Assembly (NCBI RefSeq): GCF_035271045.1
Contig: NZ_DATESC010000008.1
Coordinates: 36,044 to 100,043, forward strand
Length of the DNA stretch: 64,000 nucleotides
Reading direction: 5' to 3'
DNA from: Marinospirillum sp.
Lineage (GTDB): Bacteria; Pseudomonadota; Gammaproteobacteria; Pseudomonadales; Halomonadaceae
Position numbers and translations under genes: made by a program. A model generated the notes under the pieces. It worked only from the letters and a program-made list of their open reading frames with translations. It searched no databases and had not been told where the DNA came from. Positions 62,565 through 64,000 of this stretch are shown piece by piece. Within the stretch, counting starts at the first letter, position 1, and each line of letters begins with the position of its first letter.

Positions 62565-62829
62565 ACTGCTCTCCTTAGCGATTAAAAATTCAACTCTTTT
62601 TTAAACCTGCTAGCTTAGCTAGGTTATTTTTCTGTATCCTCTTAGTCTAGCTGGTAGATGTTCACTTAAAAAGCATTAAAAAAGTATAGCCACGCTTCTC
62701 AAGAGGGTTGACGACCGCTGCAAGCCCTCTAATAACCACTGTTGGAAAAAAGTTTAGGTTATAGTCATAATGCTTGCCGTAAATCAGATAAAAAATGCTC
62801 TAAGCTAAAAAATTAAGGGACGCCAGCGT

Positions 62830-63774
62830 ATGTACTTAAGGATTCTAATCTTATTTTTAATTTCTCTGTCGCTCAATGCAGCAGAGATGGTTTGGGATAC
62901 TGATTCAACAAAAAAAGTAAAAAAAATAAGCGATAGTGAGTACCAGTCTGTTCTTGATAGTTACCTAAAAGCTAATACTCTTAAAACACAGCAACTACTA
63001 AACAAGCTAGGTTATTACTTGAATGATTTAGACGGAAATTATGGCCCTCCTACAGCTCATGCAATAAAAAGCTATCAGCGTGATAACTTAAAAATTCAAG
63101 ATGGCAAAGTAAGCAATAACTTGATTATTGCACTAGAAAAATCATATCAACAATATTTAAAAGAATTAAAAAACAATAAAAACCTTACCGTAGAAAACTA
63201 TAATACAGGGTTTGAAGCTGCTAAATCAGGTAATTACGAAAAAGCGGCACGGCTTTATAAGCTTAGTGCTGATCAAGGCTATGCAAGTGCACAAGTTAAC
63301 TTAGGTGTGCTGTACCGATATGGCCAAGGTGTAAAGCAAGATTACTATGAGGCCACACGGCTTTTTAAGCTTAGTGCGGATCAAGGCTATGCAAGGGCAC
63401 AAGTTAATTTAGGCTTGATGTATTACCATGGCCAAGGTGTAAAGCAAAACTACCAAGAAGCGGCACGGCTTTATAAGCTTAGTGCTGATCAAGGCTATGC
63501 AAGTGCACAAGTTAGTTTAGGCTGGATGTACCGATATGGGGAAGGTGTAAAGCAAGATTATCAAGAAGCAGCACGGCTTTATAAGCTTAGTGCTGATCAA
63601 GGCGATGCAACTGCACAATTTAATTTAGGCTGGATGTACCGATATGGCCAAGGTGTAAAGCAGAATAACCAAGAGGCGGCACGGCTTTATAAGCTTAGTG
63701 CTGATCAAGGCCATGCAGACGCAAAGAATAACCTTGAATTTTTATGTAAAGCCCAACCTTCTGTTTGTAGGTAA
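62830..63774 (+). CDS. Secreted protein with a peptidoglycan-binding-like domain and Sel1-like repeats
   Basis: Signal peptide; QQLLNKLGY...DGNYGPPTAHAIKSYQ...DG; five AARLYKLSADQG-type 36-aa repeats. Confidence 0.85.
   Translation: MYLRILILFLISLSLNAAEMVWDTDSTKKVKKISDSEYQSVLDSYLKANTLKTQQLLNKLGYYLNDLDGNYGPPTAHAIKSYQRDNLKIQDGKVSNNLIIALEKSYQQYLKELKNNKNLTVENYNTGFEAAKSGNYEKAARLYKLSADQGYASAQVNLGVLYRYGQGVKQDYYEATRLFKLSADQGYARAQVNLGLMYYHGQGVKQNYQEAARLYKLSADQGYASAQVSLGWMYRYGEGVKQDYQEAARLYKLSADQGDATAQFNLGWMYRYGQGVKQNNQEAARLYKLSADQGHADAKNNLEFLCKAQPSVCR
63241..63740. repeat. 108-bp coding tandem repeat (Sel1 units)
   Basis: Near-identical units starting at 63241, 63349, 63457, 63565 and 63673, each containing ...CACGGCTTT.TAAGCTTAGTGC.GATCAAGGC. 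Confidence 0.9.
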
Positions 63775-63803
63775 GTTATTACTAATTGCAAAATGGATTT
63801 AAA

Positions 63804-64000
63804 ATGTTAAACAAAATGCTTTTAATTACAGTCGCACTATTACTTATTGGTGGGTGTGCCAGCAATCAAGTTAATACTCAAAATGAACAAGACACTGCTA
63901 AAGATGATGAATATAAAAATATTTTAAGCCACCAAGAAAGATTTCAGGTGCTAACTAGCTACCTAGTTCAACAGGAACTAGACGTTGCTAAGCCTGTTTT
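63804..64000 (+). CDS. Putative lipoprotein, 3' end runs off the window
   Basis: Manual translation MLNKMLLITVALLLIGG-C-ASNQVNTQ...; lipobox-like IGGC; open to the window edge. Confidence 0.65.
   Translation, partial: MLNKMLLITVALLLIGGCASNQVNTQNEQDTAKDDEYKNILSHQERFQVLTSYLVQQELDVAKPV

Noticed and set aside
62700-62731. AGAGGG...CCCTCT hairpin as a riboswitch
   Set aside because: No match to aptamer consensus features I can recognise; it coincides with a TTGACG-16 nt-TAATAA promoter-like arrangement.
63241-63740. Regularly spaced repeats as a CRISPR array
   Set aside because: Period is 108 bp, in frame, with no unique spacers; they encode Sel1 repeats; no cas genes.
54000-64000. Prophage, IS element or integrase-bounded genomic island
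   Set aside because: No integrase, transposase, phage structural gene, tRNA or long flanking direct repeat was recognised within the window.

Overview
64-kb chromosomal window from a gammaproteobacterium. The cysB-thrH, leuCDB-asd-fimV-truA-trpFBA-accD-folC-dedD-cvpA-purF-metZ gene order suggests an Oceanospirillales/Pseudomonadales-type organism (inference). Most of the window is core metabolism: two branched-chain acyl-CoA catabolic clusters (valine/isobutyrate with a Liv-type ABC importer at 11.2-25.4 kb; liuABCDE at 47.2-53.9 kb) linked by four LiuR-type palindromic operators, leucine and tryptophan biosynthesis, and three signalling proteins (CHASE2 adenylate cyclase with a secreted FecR-domain partner, Aer-type chemoreceptor, PAS-GGDEF-EAL). 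The last 10 kb (54-64 kb) is an accessory, partly decayed defence region. It holds (i) an ApaLI/XbaI-family type II R-M pair whose endonuclease has an in-frame TGA plus an 11-bp tandem duplication while the methyltransferase is intact and followed by what looks like half an integron attC site, and (ii) a PsyrTA/RqlHI-type RecQ-helicase + DprA pair in which the helicase is frameshifted and lacks its PRTase core, and the DprA protein ends in a tail resembling the C-terminus of BREX BrxC. No rRNA, tRNA, CRISPR array, integrase or transposase was recognised. All family assignments come from motif recognition by eye; no database search was run.
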